From: Nageia nagi
Taxonomy: Eukaryota; Plantae; Pinophyta
DNA: 64,000 nucleotides
Assembly: GCA_050084985.1 (NCBI GenBank)
Contig: JBITNC010000002.1
Span: 9,858,001-9,922,000, forward strand
Direction: 5' to 3'
In this document: piece by piece, positions 24,516 through 37,669 of the stretch
Numbering within the stretch: position 1 is the first letter of the stretch
Layout of the letters: each line of letters starts with the position of its first letter
Program-made: the position numbers and the translations under genes
Notes under the pieces: model-generated
Told to the model about the DNA's origin: nothing
The model's database searches: none
What the model saw: only the letters and a program-made list of their open reading frames with translations

Positions 24516-27310
24516 AGTCATATAAAAGCTTTGATATTTCTAGCTTGAGGGGATGAAGGTAAGATATATAGTTACCATGAATAATTCTAAATATGGTCCA
24601 AAGGTTTTTCACCATTTGCTTTAGAGGTTCAAGGAAGAGAAGATCCTGTTAGAAGAAAGGAGGAAGCTCATTTGGTATTTTGGTGAAAGACATGTGGACA
24701 TAATGTGTAAAAAGAAAGGGAGTCTACATATTCCTAGACCAAATTGGACACACAAAACAACACCATGGATTAAGATCTTACTTCAAATCTATCATTGTAT
24801 GGTTGAGGGATTCTAGAGAGATGTCACCTTTCATGTGTATTAAGATTTTCTAGGGTACGAGGTGAGTGCCTAGGATGGAGGTACAGTTGGAGGATTTGAT
24901 TCCATTATAGCTCTAATTCTTGATCCAAAAGATGATTTGGTTAAGGAGACTACCTTATATAAGAAGAAGAAGACTGAATGGAAGATAGCACCTCGATCTA
25001 GTGCCACTAGCCCCAAACTATGAGCCATTATAGAAGTGATCTTGGTGAAGAGTATGGATGCTATAATCCAGAAGGGAGATATTGAAGGGGCCTACATATT
25101 CACAATGGCCAAAGGAGATCACACATTAGACACTATGGAGGTCAAGAAGCATTCATTCAAGATCCAAGGCATCCTAGATCAATATCCAAATGTGCTTGAG
25201 AATAATTCCCTAGATCATGAAAAGAAGATAGAAGGAGAAGTCATGTTGCAACATGAGGAGCTAGGAGGGGCCATATTTTTTATGGAGGAGTCCCCACACC
25301 CCATGTTGCAATCTAAAGAGCTAAGAAAGGGTACATTTTTCATGGAGGAGTCCCCACACCCCACTTTACATTCCAGAGATCTTAGAGGGGGTACATTAAG
25401 GATGGAAGAGCTCTTATGTCCTACATTGTAGTTTGAGGAGCATGGAGTGTGCACAGTTGGATTGGAGGAGACATCATGGTCTATGTTGTACATGAGGAGG
25501 CCTAGGCATCCCATGTTGGAGGAAGAAGTGGTTGATCACCCTACCTTGGGTCTGAAGGAGCTAGCACCTACCACATTTGATGAGGGAGGAGTAGAAGATG
25601 CTATGGAGAATCTTTAGGATTTTGGATACCTAATGTTTGAGATGGGAGTAACGGAACCTCTCACATGGATCTTTAGGATACTTGGAAACCTCATGTTTGA
25701 CCTTGAGAAGTTGAGGCAAGTAATGTTAAGCCTCGAAGAGAGATTCATTAATCTAGATTCTTGGAGAGATTGGGCAACATGGATCCATAAGGATCTTAGC
25801 ATGGAGAATGAGCTTATTGCTTTGGAAAGGTATGAATTGTTCTTCAATATAGCTTTTTTGATCACTAACCTTGTTTTAGGCATGAATAATTACAAACAAA
25901 AATGAAGAGAGACTTGATAGCTACATCATTTACACATCCATTGGAGGATTCCCTCTTACAGTTTAAGTCGACAAGGAGATTCTTGTAGCCATGAGTGTGC
26001 AATGTTGTGTTCCAAATGACTATATGAGATGTCGAATGTATGTATAGTTTTTCCATTCAGCCTTGTTGGTTTTAGATCTCACTTTAGAAGACAAAGGATT
26101 TGACAACATCATAATGAGAGTGATCATAGTATCATAAGCTATCATTGTTGGGAGGGTTATTGCTACAATCTTTCCAACCATAGTTGACATAATGATGAGG
26201 GCTGCATATGATGGTATGTTGATTGATAAAGTCAAGGTTGTATTGGGTGTTGTTGTCCACTCATTATGGGTTACATTTGATGATGTTATGGTTGTTGCAA
26301 GAGGAAGAGAAAACACTAATGTTTTTATACATGGGATTGATGCATTTAATGAATTTGAAGCTATTGTTCACATAGGCAAGATTGTGTTTGTTGACACTCT
26401 TTAGCTATGCTTGGAAGTGTATTGGTTGCCAAGGTGAAGGTGGTTGTTGATGCATCATCTTGTGATAGTTTGAGGGTTACTAATCACTTACTTTGGGCTA
26501 CACATGTTAAGGTATTAGCTAATGTTGATACAAGGATAATGATAGCATTTTTTGAGGATTCCATTCATGTATGAGGAGTTGCACTTGATGACATTTTGTA
26601 TGTACTTGATTGGACTGTGTATGAGGCCACAACTACCACTTGTTTGGAGGCTACACTTGAAGTCATGGGAGTGACCATAATGACTATTATCTTTTGCAAG
26701 AATGAAGAGATTTTTGTTGTAACAAGATGGAATGCAACTCCCATAAAGATCAAAATTATTGTTACAATGTTAGGGGCTATTGTGGGAGCTACTGGTAGCA
26801 CATCATTGCAAACTTCATGGACTACACATCCTAAAAATTTTGGGATTGTATTCATGCCACTACTTAAGGATAGAATTATGGTAGATTGGATGATGAAGAA
26901 GAGGGTTGTTTTAATGATGCATGGGACTATCTTTGCATGCCTTGATTTGAGAGTTATCTTTCATGAATTGAGAACTGAGATTGATGTCTCTTTGATTACT
27001 ATTAGTATATGTCTTGTTATTATGTATTGTGCTGATGGTTTGAGGATTGTTATCTTTGATTTGATGGCATTCTTAAGAACTAATGGTGAGTCATTGCATG
27101 CTAATTTTTGGAAGGCTATTGAACACACCCTTGAGGTTGAGTTTGTTGATCTTGATGTGGTTTCAATGGACACTTGGAGAGTTGTGTATCTACATGATGA
27201 TGTTATCTTGGCACTCTTGAAGCATGATGGATTCTATTCTCTGAGATGCTTTGGGATCCTAGATTGTATTGTAGTTGCTTAAGGGTAAGAAATCTCAGGA
27301 GGGTAAGCTT

Positions 27311-28765
27311 TATGATGTTCAATTTGAGCAAATGATAAATTATATCATGACCACTTTGTAACCTATAGTTAGTTCATGTGCATAGTGTGATTGTGCAAAT
27401 CAAGGTAGAAGCTTATGGTCCTATGGACCCCATTGTGAGCCCAAAAATGGTACATTTGCCCTTAAGTAGTAACATGTGATGTTGTGTATGCGTAATACTA
27501 AATTATAGGAATCCCAATGTAGTATTGTTATGTGTGGGTAATCCTAAACTGTGGGAATCCCAATATAGTGTTGTCATGTGTGGGTTAGCATAGATTGTGG
27601 GAATTGTTATAACATCCCCTTTTAGAAGATAGAGTTCACCATAGGTATTGGAGAGCTAATATGATTTATTCTTGGATAGGGCATCTCATGGGAATCATTT
27701 TAATAGGTCACATGATATGGTTTCATCAAGAAATGGAGTTATGGTCTCTTGAAGTTCACCAATTGAACTCATCTTCCACCTCATGGCTACCCACAAAAAT
27801 CTATAAATAGCTCCATATTGACTTCTTGAAATGTGATGTCCCACTTCTTGAGATGTGAGTATGTTGTAATGTATATTCAATGCATGTAACAATAGTAATG
27901 GGACCATTTTTCTAAGATGTGATGCATGATTCCAAGGCATTGCATATCTAGCCGTTGGATCTTGTGATTACTGGTATCCTTAGGCAACATTGGAATAGAG
28001 AGGCATGCACATGATTCCTAGGTGATATCTAGGAGAGACTATATATTGAGGATGAGGATCCATTATGAGGTTACCACTTATTATACATTTTCTTATACCA
28101 GACCCAATCAGGCTTTCAAGTCTTGGTGGTGTTGAGCAATATTCCTAGATAGCTTCTAGAGGAGTGACAAGGTTGGGAGCTTGACATTATATGGTTTAGG
28201 TGGTTCACCTATCCCATTCAGTGGTATTTTATGGTGAGCTTATACCTTCATTGGTCTTGAGGGTTCGATGAGACTCCTTCGTAAGATAAAATTTGAATGT
28301 TGATGGAGTTAGTCTTTCCCATTGCATGTTTGGCTTGAGGAGGGTTTGGAACCCTATATAGGAGTGTTGAATCTCTATTGTATTTCATTTTCATTCCATA
28401 ATAAAATACATATAATTTTACCTCTCATCATTATGTTGTTCTATTATGTGCATGTGTTGTGATATACTGGTGTTGGAAGCTTGTGTTGGCTTCATATTAT
28501 TGTGTGTACCCATCGTTGGTATTTTGGTGTTGTCCATTATTGTTGTAAGGAATTCATGGGGTTTGCATAGTATTGGAGAAGCCCTAGGGACTAATGTCAG
28601 CATTTGGTGGATCTCATTTGGTGTTGTGTGTTGTTAGGAGCCCTAGGAGGCCCACATTGGTGTGTTGAGGTGTTTATGTACCCTAGAGGGAAATCATTGG
28701 GTGTTTAAGGGTTGTACAAGCCCTAGCTTGGGTTTTTTTGCTAAGGGTGAATTTAGAACATTACA
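27311..28765 (+). repeat. 3' LTR
   Basis: Direct repeat of 23054-24515, followed by TSD AACAT. Confidence 0.9.
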
Positions 28766-29197
28766 AACATAAATAATTGGTAGTCCATATTTCTCTTGAG
28801 GAAGAATGATTGGATTCTAGACATATACTATCAATGGTTCTAGGAAGATTGACAGGTGGATTACTTAGTGTTTGTTTTCTAGTTGATGTCATTTTACATA
28901 CCAAAATGACCTATGGTCCTAAATATTTATGAGGATGAATTTCATAAAAGTGCATCCTTCAATTAATGTTTCTTCATCTTGTCAACTATTTGAGCACATA
29001 AGGAATTATAATATTGGGCCTTCCTCTAGCAATGATCTTTCATATCAATACACTAATTTACTTAGTGGTAATGAAATTCAAACACTATGACCAATATAAT
29101 ACTTTTACAATAGATTAATTATAGAATAATATTACTAATTAAAATGATGATAAAATTATAGCAAGATTTATATTGCAATGGTAAGAAACTCTCATTG

Positions 29198-30009
29198 TGA
29201 TGATAACAATGCACTTGGTTATCCCAGCATGGTTATCCCATGAGGAGAACCATCACTTTCTCAACTCAACAACCAATCCAACACAACTATTATCACAACC
29301 TCACAAATAGATCCTTCTTATAATAATACTTTAACCTTTTCTTCACTTGAACACAACACAACACAATACTTTGATATACTTAGAATATTTAACTTATGAC
29401 ACTTAGACTCAATATGTACTTATAAATGTCTTCACAACTCACTCACAAGTAAAAATGAGCTTGAATTCACTTGGCATCACTTGAATCACACTTGAATTGC
29501 CTTCACTTGACTTAACTTTGCTTGCACTTGACTTGTTTTATATGCCTATAAAACTTCTCTATTTATAGGGTAGAAAATATATCTATATTTTTCTAACATT
29601 TAAATTTAAAATACATTATATCTCCATATTTAGAAATATCCAAACCACTTTTAGTAATATCCATGAGATGACATATAGATATTTTAGCACATAATCCTTT
29701 TCTATAAATTACTTTTAAATATCAACAACTACTTCCACATCATCACACATATCCTTATGCCACATAATCCTCTGGACAATTCAAGAATATATACCTTTTA
29801 GATATAACCCATGGATATTTCTTGTACTTACCATTATTTACTTTTAGCATTAGCCTTTTACCATACAAAAATTTGGCATTTATCATTTACCTTTTATATT
29901 TTACCATTTACCATTTACTATTTATCATTTACCATTTTCCATTAATTGGTTTACTTTTTATTGAACCTCACCAACTTAAAGCCTCCATAATACACTTGTA
30001 CTACCAATA
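29198..30009 (-). mobile_element. Possible solo LTR
   Basis: CCTATAAATAGAG TATA on minus (~29557-29569); CACTTGAA and TTTACCAT short repeats; decayed TG/CA-like ends; TSD not clean. Confidence 0.35.
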
Positions 30010-30019
30010 ATTGTTATAT

Positions 30020-33000
30020 ATAACTATCTCTTTATTTTGAATGCATCATTATTCTATTGTGGTTGTCACTATATCTTGTTGGTAGGCATTTTTATGTTGC
30101 ACAACTAGTTAGTATCTAGGCACTATTATTGACTATGAAGTATACCATTTACATATAGATACAATATATTTAGTGGAAAAGTTTAAGAAAAATAGCTTTT
30201 TCCCCTTATAATTTCCACTCCATCCTCGAAGTAGGAAAGTTTTTAAATAGGAGTCTAACAAATCTTCAACTTGTCATGGTTGACCTGCTTGGAAATTGAA
30301 GTACCACTCAATTATTCAAGTTTGTGCATTCAATTAAGATATATTACAGTTGAATTAAGGAAATTAGGGAAGCACAAGATGGTAACATGTGTGAGTGAAT
30401 AATTTAGCATAAAGGAAGATCTAATCTTAAGGTAAGTATTTCCAATCATTCTTTCTCTAATTTAAATCTCCATAGATCAACACCTTAGTATTTTGCTCGC
30501 CATAGCAATCCTAAGGTAGTTATGAATTCTGTTGAAGACTATGACCACACCCTTCATAGTTTCACTCTCAGCAATTGATCGGAGATGGGTTCTATTAGTC
30601 AAGCATGGTTAAATGTTTCTAATACCAAAGGTGAAATGGGACCTCCCCTAATGTAAAAAATAATCAATAATCAAACCAATTTGAAAATTTTGGAGCATAT
30701 CATTTTGCAGGTAGAAGAGCTTGGTCACTTTAATCTAATTAATAAAATTCATGGTACAAAACCAAACATAGACTTGATCCAAGAGTGGATTCACCTTCGA
30801 TGGAAATTCAAGAATGGAGTTGCAATAATGACAATACCAAATGATTTCATCTTATTCATATTTGGATCTAACAAAGATAGAGATCAAATCCTAGGTAGAC
30901 CATGGTTCTTTGGAAAGAAAGGATTACTGCTTGAGAAATGTAAGCTAAGATTTGATCCCAAGAAGTTTCAAATAATGAAGGCTCCAATATGGGTCACTCT
31001 CCCAAAATTATCGATCAAATTTTGGAATCAGAGTTTTTGAAGGAATTGTGAATTCCTTTAGAAATTTTATGGCCTTAAATGTAGTTATGAAGGCTCACTT
31101 TAGACTGATTGAATCTATAATGTATGTAATGATCAACTTTAGCATTAAACCTTCTACTACTATCACCCTAAAATCAAAATTGGGAGATCACATTCAAGAA
31201 CTTCATTATGAGAGAAATAATTTCCTTTGTTCAATTTGCACTTAGGTGAGGTACAATGAACTTTCATGCCTAGCCAAGATCACTATAGTTGGATCAGATT
31301 GAAAGATCTGAAGGATTAAATAAAAATTGAATACATCAGAAGAGTCAGATGAAGAAGAACCACAAGAAGAAATAAATATTCCTGGGCCTATGTACAACAC
31401 GAAGGAGAGCATGAAATATGTGGGATTCATGAACCATAAAACTATGAGGAAGATACTTTGGGAAAGATTGACACTACAAAGAAGAATAAATAAAGATCAA
31501 AGAAGAAGGTGATAAAGATGCAAGAAGATTCAAGTGAGACGAGCGGTAAGATGGAATATCATAGAATCACTCGTAGCACATCACCAAAGTTGGATGTGGA
31601 TCAAATACATATGTAGTATGGCCAAATGAAGGAGAACTCATAGAGAAGGAGACAATGAAATAAATAGCAGATGAAAAATAAACAACACTCTAGGTATTTG
31701 GGATAGGTTTCCTACTCAAACCTAGGAATCTCTAAAAGTAACTAAGAACTCAGGAAGGATACACTATGGTATTTGTAGTTATTTTAGATGTAATATTCTA
31801 TACTTAGAGTTTTGATTTTTAAAAAGACTTTGTTATGTAACTGGAATCCGGGTTGTGAATTTCCATTAGTTTTATATCATCCTCAACCTATATAAAATAA
31901 ATAGGAATATGATGGAATGTTTGATATTTTTTTTAACAGGTTGGGTTCCTATTTAAAAAACCCTTAATTTTATCCTTACCAAAAAAAAATTTGTATGTTC
32001 CATTATCATGAACTACTACTATCTTGTCTAATCCACCTACTTTGATAGTAACTTACTATATTTTCTCTTGTGATGCCTAGAATCATATATCATAACTAGA
32101 TCATTAACCTTGAATGGGGACCATTTCAACTTGTTACATCAAAATACTCTATTTTCTTGATTTTCTTCTTTTCAATAGTCTTATTAGCTACTTAGCACAT
32201 CTCTTATAATTGTTGAAGTTGCATTAATCTATCATCAATAGATCCTCCTTCATCCTTTAATTTTCTTGAAATAGTTCTTAAAGTTGGAATAACAAATTCA
32301 ATAGGCAAAATAAGATCAATTCCATATGCTAAATGGAAGGGAGAACATCTATTTTATTTGTTCATTATAGCTCTATATGCTTATAGTGTTGAATGAATCC
32401 TTTTATCCCATGTATGTACCTACAATGTTTCATCCTTAGTAGTTATCTAATATAAGATATGATTAGTTTGTTCTGCCTAGTAATTAATGTTTTATTTGTA
32501 GGTGGTTTCCTTTCTATACTTGATTATAAATTGACTTGTCAAAGGTTTTACTACCTTATTGATGAAGTGGGTTTCTTGATCTCTTACAATATCTAATGGA
32601 CATCAAAATCTTATCGCAATGCACTTATATAAAAATCTTTCTACCTCTTCCATTGACGCTTCTTTCAATGGTATTTCTTCTACCCACTTAGTCAAATAAT
32701 TTATAGCCATAAGAATATATCTATTTTACCTTGGTGTAAGAGGGAGTGGTTCTACAATATCCATTCATCATTTCTCAAATGATCCTATTGGAAGAATAAG
32801 ACATAATGGTGTTGATTTTATTCTATGATTCCCATAAGATTGACAAACATCATAATTTTTACAATAATTGAAATAATCTTCAAAAAGAATGGACAAGTAA
32901 TAAGTTGCATCCAATACTCTTTTTACCATCAATTTCTTGGAAAAGTATCCTCTACATATACCATCATGCACCTCTCTTATTAACTCCTTCCTTTGATCTT

Positions 33001-34100
33001 ATCCAATGGCATGAAGATATTTTCCATATGTTCAAACTCTATATAACACCTCATCCATAAGTGTATAAGGTCTACTTGTCTAAGTAATTTTCCTTTTTAT
33101 CTTGGATGTTGCCCTCTTTGGAAATTTGACTCACTCAAGTAATTTAAATATTAATGTACTAATTTGGAATTATCTCTATAGAAAATAAATTTGCATCAAG
33201 AAAATCATTGTCATCATCATAAGAATATTCAATGCTCTCATATGCTCTAGATAGTGCATTAACATTGATATGCTTTTTACCCTATCTATCTTCAATAACA
33301 AACTTATATTCATATAATATGAGTATCCACCTTGCAATCCTTCCCATAGGATTAGGTTTATTTATGACATACTTCAAAGCTTGATGACTAGTAACCATAA
33401 TGAACTTTTTTCCCAACAAGTAATTTCTAATTTCTTGAAAGAAAAAATTATAGCTAAAGCTTTTTTCCAGTAATCATATAATTTAACTCAGCATTAATCA
33501 TTTGTCAACTCCCAAAATGGAGAGGGTACTCATTTTCATCTTTATCTTTTTAATTGAGTGTACTACCTGATGCCTTATTTGATGCATCAATATAAACTAT
33601 GAATGACTTACTCCAATAAGGATTCTTCAAAAAAAGGTTTTGTTACAAATGCTTGCTTTAGATCCTCTTGCTTATTTTCTTGGTTCATACGAAATATGCT
33701 TCTTCAAAAAGTCATTCAATGGTTGGGCAATCTTGGAGAAATTTTTTATCAATCTCCTATAGTACCCAACATGCCCTAATAAATATCTTAACTTGCTCTT
33801 ATTCCCTAGGAATGGAAGCCTCTTAATCTTAGCCACCTTCTCTAGATTCATTTCAACATCACTCTTGGATGTAGCATGTCTCAAGAGTACTCCCTTCAAA
33901 CATCTAAAAATACATTTGGTTGGATTCAATGATGCTCTTTCTTCTTGAATATTTCAAAATCCTTCTCAATTTGCTCCAAATGATTTTCCTTCTTTTCATA
34001 TATACAAAAATCATCTAGAAAAACTCTAATGAATGTTCTAATATATGGCTAAAAAAACTCAATTCATAAGTCTCTACAATGTACTTGGAGCACTATACAA
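30020..34100 (-). pseudogene. Decayed non-chromovirus Ty3/gypsy pol (RT-RH-INT), interrupted by the LINE at 30102-31989 and truncated at ~34100
   Basis: LYSAPST (LCNAPST-like, ~34080-34100); NPTKCIF...LGHVGYYRRLIKNFSKIAQPL; VYIDASN; HDGICRGYFS...CKNYDVCQ; integrase end VVHDNGTYK reads across the LINE to ...AFKIKR*. Confidence 0.85.
30102..31989 (+). mobile_element. L1-clade LINE derivative carrying ORF1 only (DUF4283 plus zinc-knuckle remnant), no ORF2
   Basis: ORF 30681-31040 ...RDQILGRPWFFGKKGLLLEKCKLRFDP...APIWVTLPKL...FW; YERNNFLCSIC; A9 tail 31981-31989; candidate TSD ATTTTTATGTTGCA (30088-30101) / ATTTGTATGTTCCA (31989-32002), 12/14. Confidence 0.75.
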
Positions 34101-34379
34101 TTCAATTCCTAGATGCAGAGCCCTCCATGGTAGACCATGCATTTGCAGTTGCACCCATGATTCATCCCAAGCTTACTACAGATTCGTAGCCTTCAAAACG
34201 ATGAAGCCCTCCTTCAAAACATTTAACCTTCATGAGAAAGAAGTCCAATCGTTATCTGAATTCCCCTGTGTTCATAGTATCCAAACTCTCTTAAAGAACA
34301 ACCCAACCATATTTTTTATTAAAGAAAAATAATATTTTTTTTCAATAATTGCACTCTCTTATACAAATATAGATAACTA

Positions 34380-35830
34380 TTGTTGATCGTAATTAGTTGA
34401 ATTTATTAGAGCACCGTTTTGGTATTTGCGTTTTTTCTTTTACGAAGGTTCAATGTCTTCATTTATTTTTCTCTTTTAAACCCAAAGACCTAAAAAGAAT
34501 TCAGTAATAGCAATGTATTGGTTGAAGTCCAATCTCTAAAAAGATCGAATGACATACACATCAACGCACCTTCATTTTCAAGGTAACCTCAATATAATCA
34601 TTATTTCCCTGTCAGGACATCGTTGCCTTTAGCTTTCCAGCAGGGCATCCCAAATAGTCCTCATGAGAGATGGACATGAGTGAAAACCCTAGTTAACGTA
34701 ACAGCCAGGCAAATCCATAACCACTAAAGTTCTGAACCCACCACCGCCGTCGCCGTCTGCCACGCGTATTCCACGTCATACTTGAAGTGAAATGAAAGTG
34801 GCTGGTCGGTGCGATCATGTGAGCCTGACCTGGCAATGGATTGACCCGCGGGGAACCGATGATAACCTCGCATTCCCATGGTAGGTGCCGTTTCAATTTT
34901 AATTCGGATTTCACATGAAGGAATGCGAGGAATCCAACGCCAGAAAACCCGTCCCATTATCATGCCCTTCTCGAAGCAATCTGCATACTTTCACGTCATC
35001 CAGTCTGGCGTCATTGTGACTGGTAGTAGGAAGCCAACATAAAGGGAAGGGATGCAGCAAAATCCTACCAGTCTCCTGTTATAGGCTAAAAAATGATAAG
35101 GTCGTTGAAATCATCGTACTTTTATGGTGGGGAGCAGTTATGATTAGGTGGATGCTCACTGTCAAATCTGTTGAAAACCGTTTGCTTGGAGGAGAAGATA
35201 CAAGCTGTCGCCGACGCTTTTTTCTTTGGAGATCTGACTGAGAATGCCTGTCTCCCCTTCCCTTATCCATTTATCCTGTCGACGTGTATTCTCGTTTAGT
35301 TCTTTTGCGTGAATCGTAAAAGTTGTATTTGAGCTTTTGTAGCAGAATGGTGGCAGCGGGACAGCCAAATGCCAATGCCATGTTCGGTGGATTGGAGGAG
35401 AAGTTTCTTAAAAAGATGGTAATTGTCTCCATCTAAGGTGAGGAGTGAGAAGTGAGGAGGCAGCCTGACGCCAGTGTTGTAAACAGAAAGCAAAAGAAAA
35501 AGGAATATTAGGTCTGAGTTGTATTCAAGGAATGGATCTGGCAGTTGCAGCCGTGTTATATTTTGTCAACGGTAGTGTTAGGTGTACCCTCTGCTATTTG
35601 CTAGGAGAAGGATACGTTTAAATGAGTGATTAATTATGAGCTTATTTCATAATCGTTTTATGATTATTAAGAATTATTAAGATAGTTGGAACAATCTTTT
35701 GTTGCTGAGATACAATTCTCGTATTGCAATGAGATACATGCTGGCTAATCAGTTCTTACAAGTGTAACTCTAGATTTTTATAATTTATTATTGGTTAATT
35801 TGAGGTCGTTGGAAAAGGGCCCGTAGACTT
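34380..35830. promoter_or_regulatory. CpG-retaining, non-TE island; candidate promoter/enhancer or ncRNA locus
   Basis: Abrupt rise in GC and CpG compared with flanks; AAACCCTAG telo-box 34684, CCACGCGT 34760, CCACGTCA 34771, TCACGTCA 34991, CTGGCGTCA 35005, TGACGCCAG 35466, CCTTATCCA 35261, ACGTGT 35282. Confidence 0.55.
35105..35629. repeat. Copy 1 of a ~530-bp diverged direct duplication
   Basis: Collinear with 39778-40314; 34-bp core with 33/34 identity. Confidence 0.9.
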
Positions 35831-37669
35831 AAATTCACAAGATATATTAGCTTAAAAATTATTGTAATTTTCATAATTCAAATTTAAATAGTCTGTATTA
35901 CTTTCAATCTTTTAATTTCAAAAATATAAATGAAATTTAAAAAAAAAAAACTCTCTGTTTAACTTGTATATAAACAATAGTAAATGGTAGCACTCACATT
36001 TTAGAGTTTAAGAACTATGTGCAACATTAAATTATGAAGAAATGAAGGGCAAATAAAAGATGACAAGAAAGTTTTTTCTAGGATGATCAACATCAAAAGT
36101 TTACATAGACATAATCAACAAATCAGGATGAGCAACATAAAAAAGGTGAGACAAGCAATATTAACTAGCAAAGACAAATGATATTAACATGCAAAGATGA
36201 TCGACATCAAACTATTGAGATGATCAACATAAAAAAATGATACAAATGGAAATAAAAGAGTGAGATAGTCAACATCAAGGTAAATTTAAATGAAACCCCA
36301 CAGAAAAATTAAAAATTCATGGTGAAAAACACTCCTACCTTGTAGAAAATTTGACTAAATAGAAAAAAATGTGTATTTTAATTGGCAATATATCATATGA
36401 AACAATGAAAATATTTCTATTAGAGGCTATTTCAAATTAAAAAAATATGTAAATTATAGCCCAGTATAATAATTAACAAATATTTTTTAATTTAATATAA
36501 TTGTTTACAATGTACAATGGAATTATGGATACTAACATTGTTTGTAAAAGAACTAAAGAAGATCGTTAATAATTAATATGATATAAATAGTACTTTAAAT
36601 TGCTCATAGTTTTGAGTAGTCTATGGAGAAGAATTAAAGAAGTCCCATGCTCAACTTTGAAGACATCATTCAAAGTAGTGTTGGGAAAACTTTAACATTG
36701 TTCAAAGAGGGTATGGAAAAGCCTCAACATCGCTTGACTCATTTAGAAGCTACTACAATCATCCACTATGTATGAGTCCATCTTTGTGAAACTACAATAG
36801 CCCATAATTGCCCACTTTGGACTTCACAAAATTGAGGGGCCCACACACCATAAAAGTAGCAAGAACAGTTGGTTGTAAATAGTGTTTCCAAAAAAATCTT
36901 AATCTGTATAATAATGAAATAAAATAAAGTTAGATATATATGATTAAAATTTAAATATAAAATGGATTAAATCACATTTTGCAATAGATTTCATCTTGTT
37001 TGGAATAATATTTCAATAATTGAAAGATGTTAACTTAACTACCATGAAATAATGCAATATTTCTTTTATAAATATTTCCTTTCTATAGAACCTATGTCCT
37101 ATAATCTATAATGAACTAGACTTAATATTATATGTTTGATGTTAGTTAAGTATGAATATAATTAGGTTCAATATTTGAAACACTATTTACAAATAGGTTG
37201 AAAATATGTAGTGATTTCAAGTGCATTATATACGCTTTTGAACCACAACATAGAAGATGACAATGAGGTACCTTAGCAGGAAGTATGCAGAAGAATGAAT
37301 AAATTTATCTAGCATATGTGTATTGTATACTGAAATTGAATATAGATTACAATATGTTGCAGCGCAAGGTCCTAAATATATTATTTTTGCTCTATGTACA
37401 AAATGGAGATTAAAGGTTAAAAAATGAAGTAAGGCATTTTGATGAAATTGACCTATAGAAAAATGTTAAGAATGGAGTATACGAAGTTCTATTTATATAA
37501 TATTATCATGCATGAGTTGTCATTCCAAATTTGAGTCTTGATTCTCAATGATATGGGACATCTAGCTAACATGCAAGTATATACATGTGGAAAAGATAGT
37601 TGGCATATGTAGAAAAGATTTTATACATTTGTAGATAATATATGTGTAGACATGACTAGTGGCATTAAT

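Larger units (their letters stand above)
23054..28765 (+). mobile_element. Non-autonomous LTR retrotransposon (LARD-like) with a 2.8-kb internal region lacking pol
   Basis: LTRs 23054-24515 and 27311-28765 (TGTGAC/TATGAT...TTACA); TSD AACAT (23049-23053 and 28766-28770); purine tract AGGAGGGTAAG before the 3' LTR; decayed PBS-like sequence after the 5' LTR; no RT or INT motifs. Confidence 0.88.

Noticed and set aside
34105-34330. Possible terminal exon (…DAEPSMVDHAFAVAPMIHPKLTTDS*) after a TAG acceptor
   Set aside because: No recognisable protein similarity, no upstream exons, and it abuts a truncated RT remnant; cannot be supported without transcripts
34684-34692. AAACCCTAG as a telomerase RNA template
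   Set aside because: Only a single telo-box-length match; no USE (TCCCACATCG) plus TATA Pol III promoter or T-run terminator recognisable around it
34905-34945. miR482/2118-like sequence (CCTCGCATTCC / GGAATGCGAGG)
   Set aside because: Only the 3' half resembles the family, the seed region does not match, and the arm order is opposite to typical miR482 precursors
35079-35493. Small ORFs in the duplicated module (for example NTRRQDKWIRE, shared with 39912-40148)
   Set aside because: The shared peptide simply reflects the conserved DNA core; indels between the copies break every frame tested and start codons are not conserved in frame
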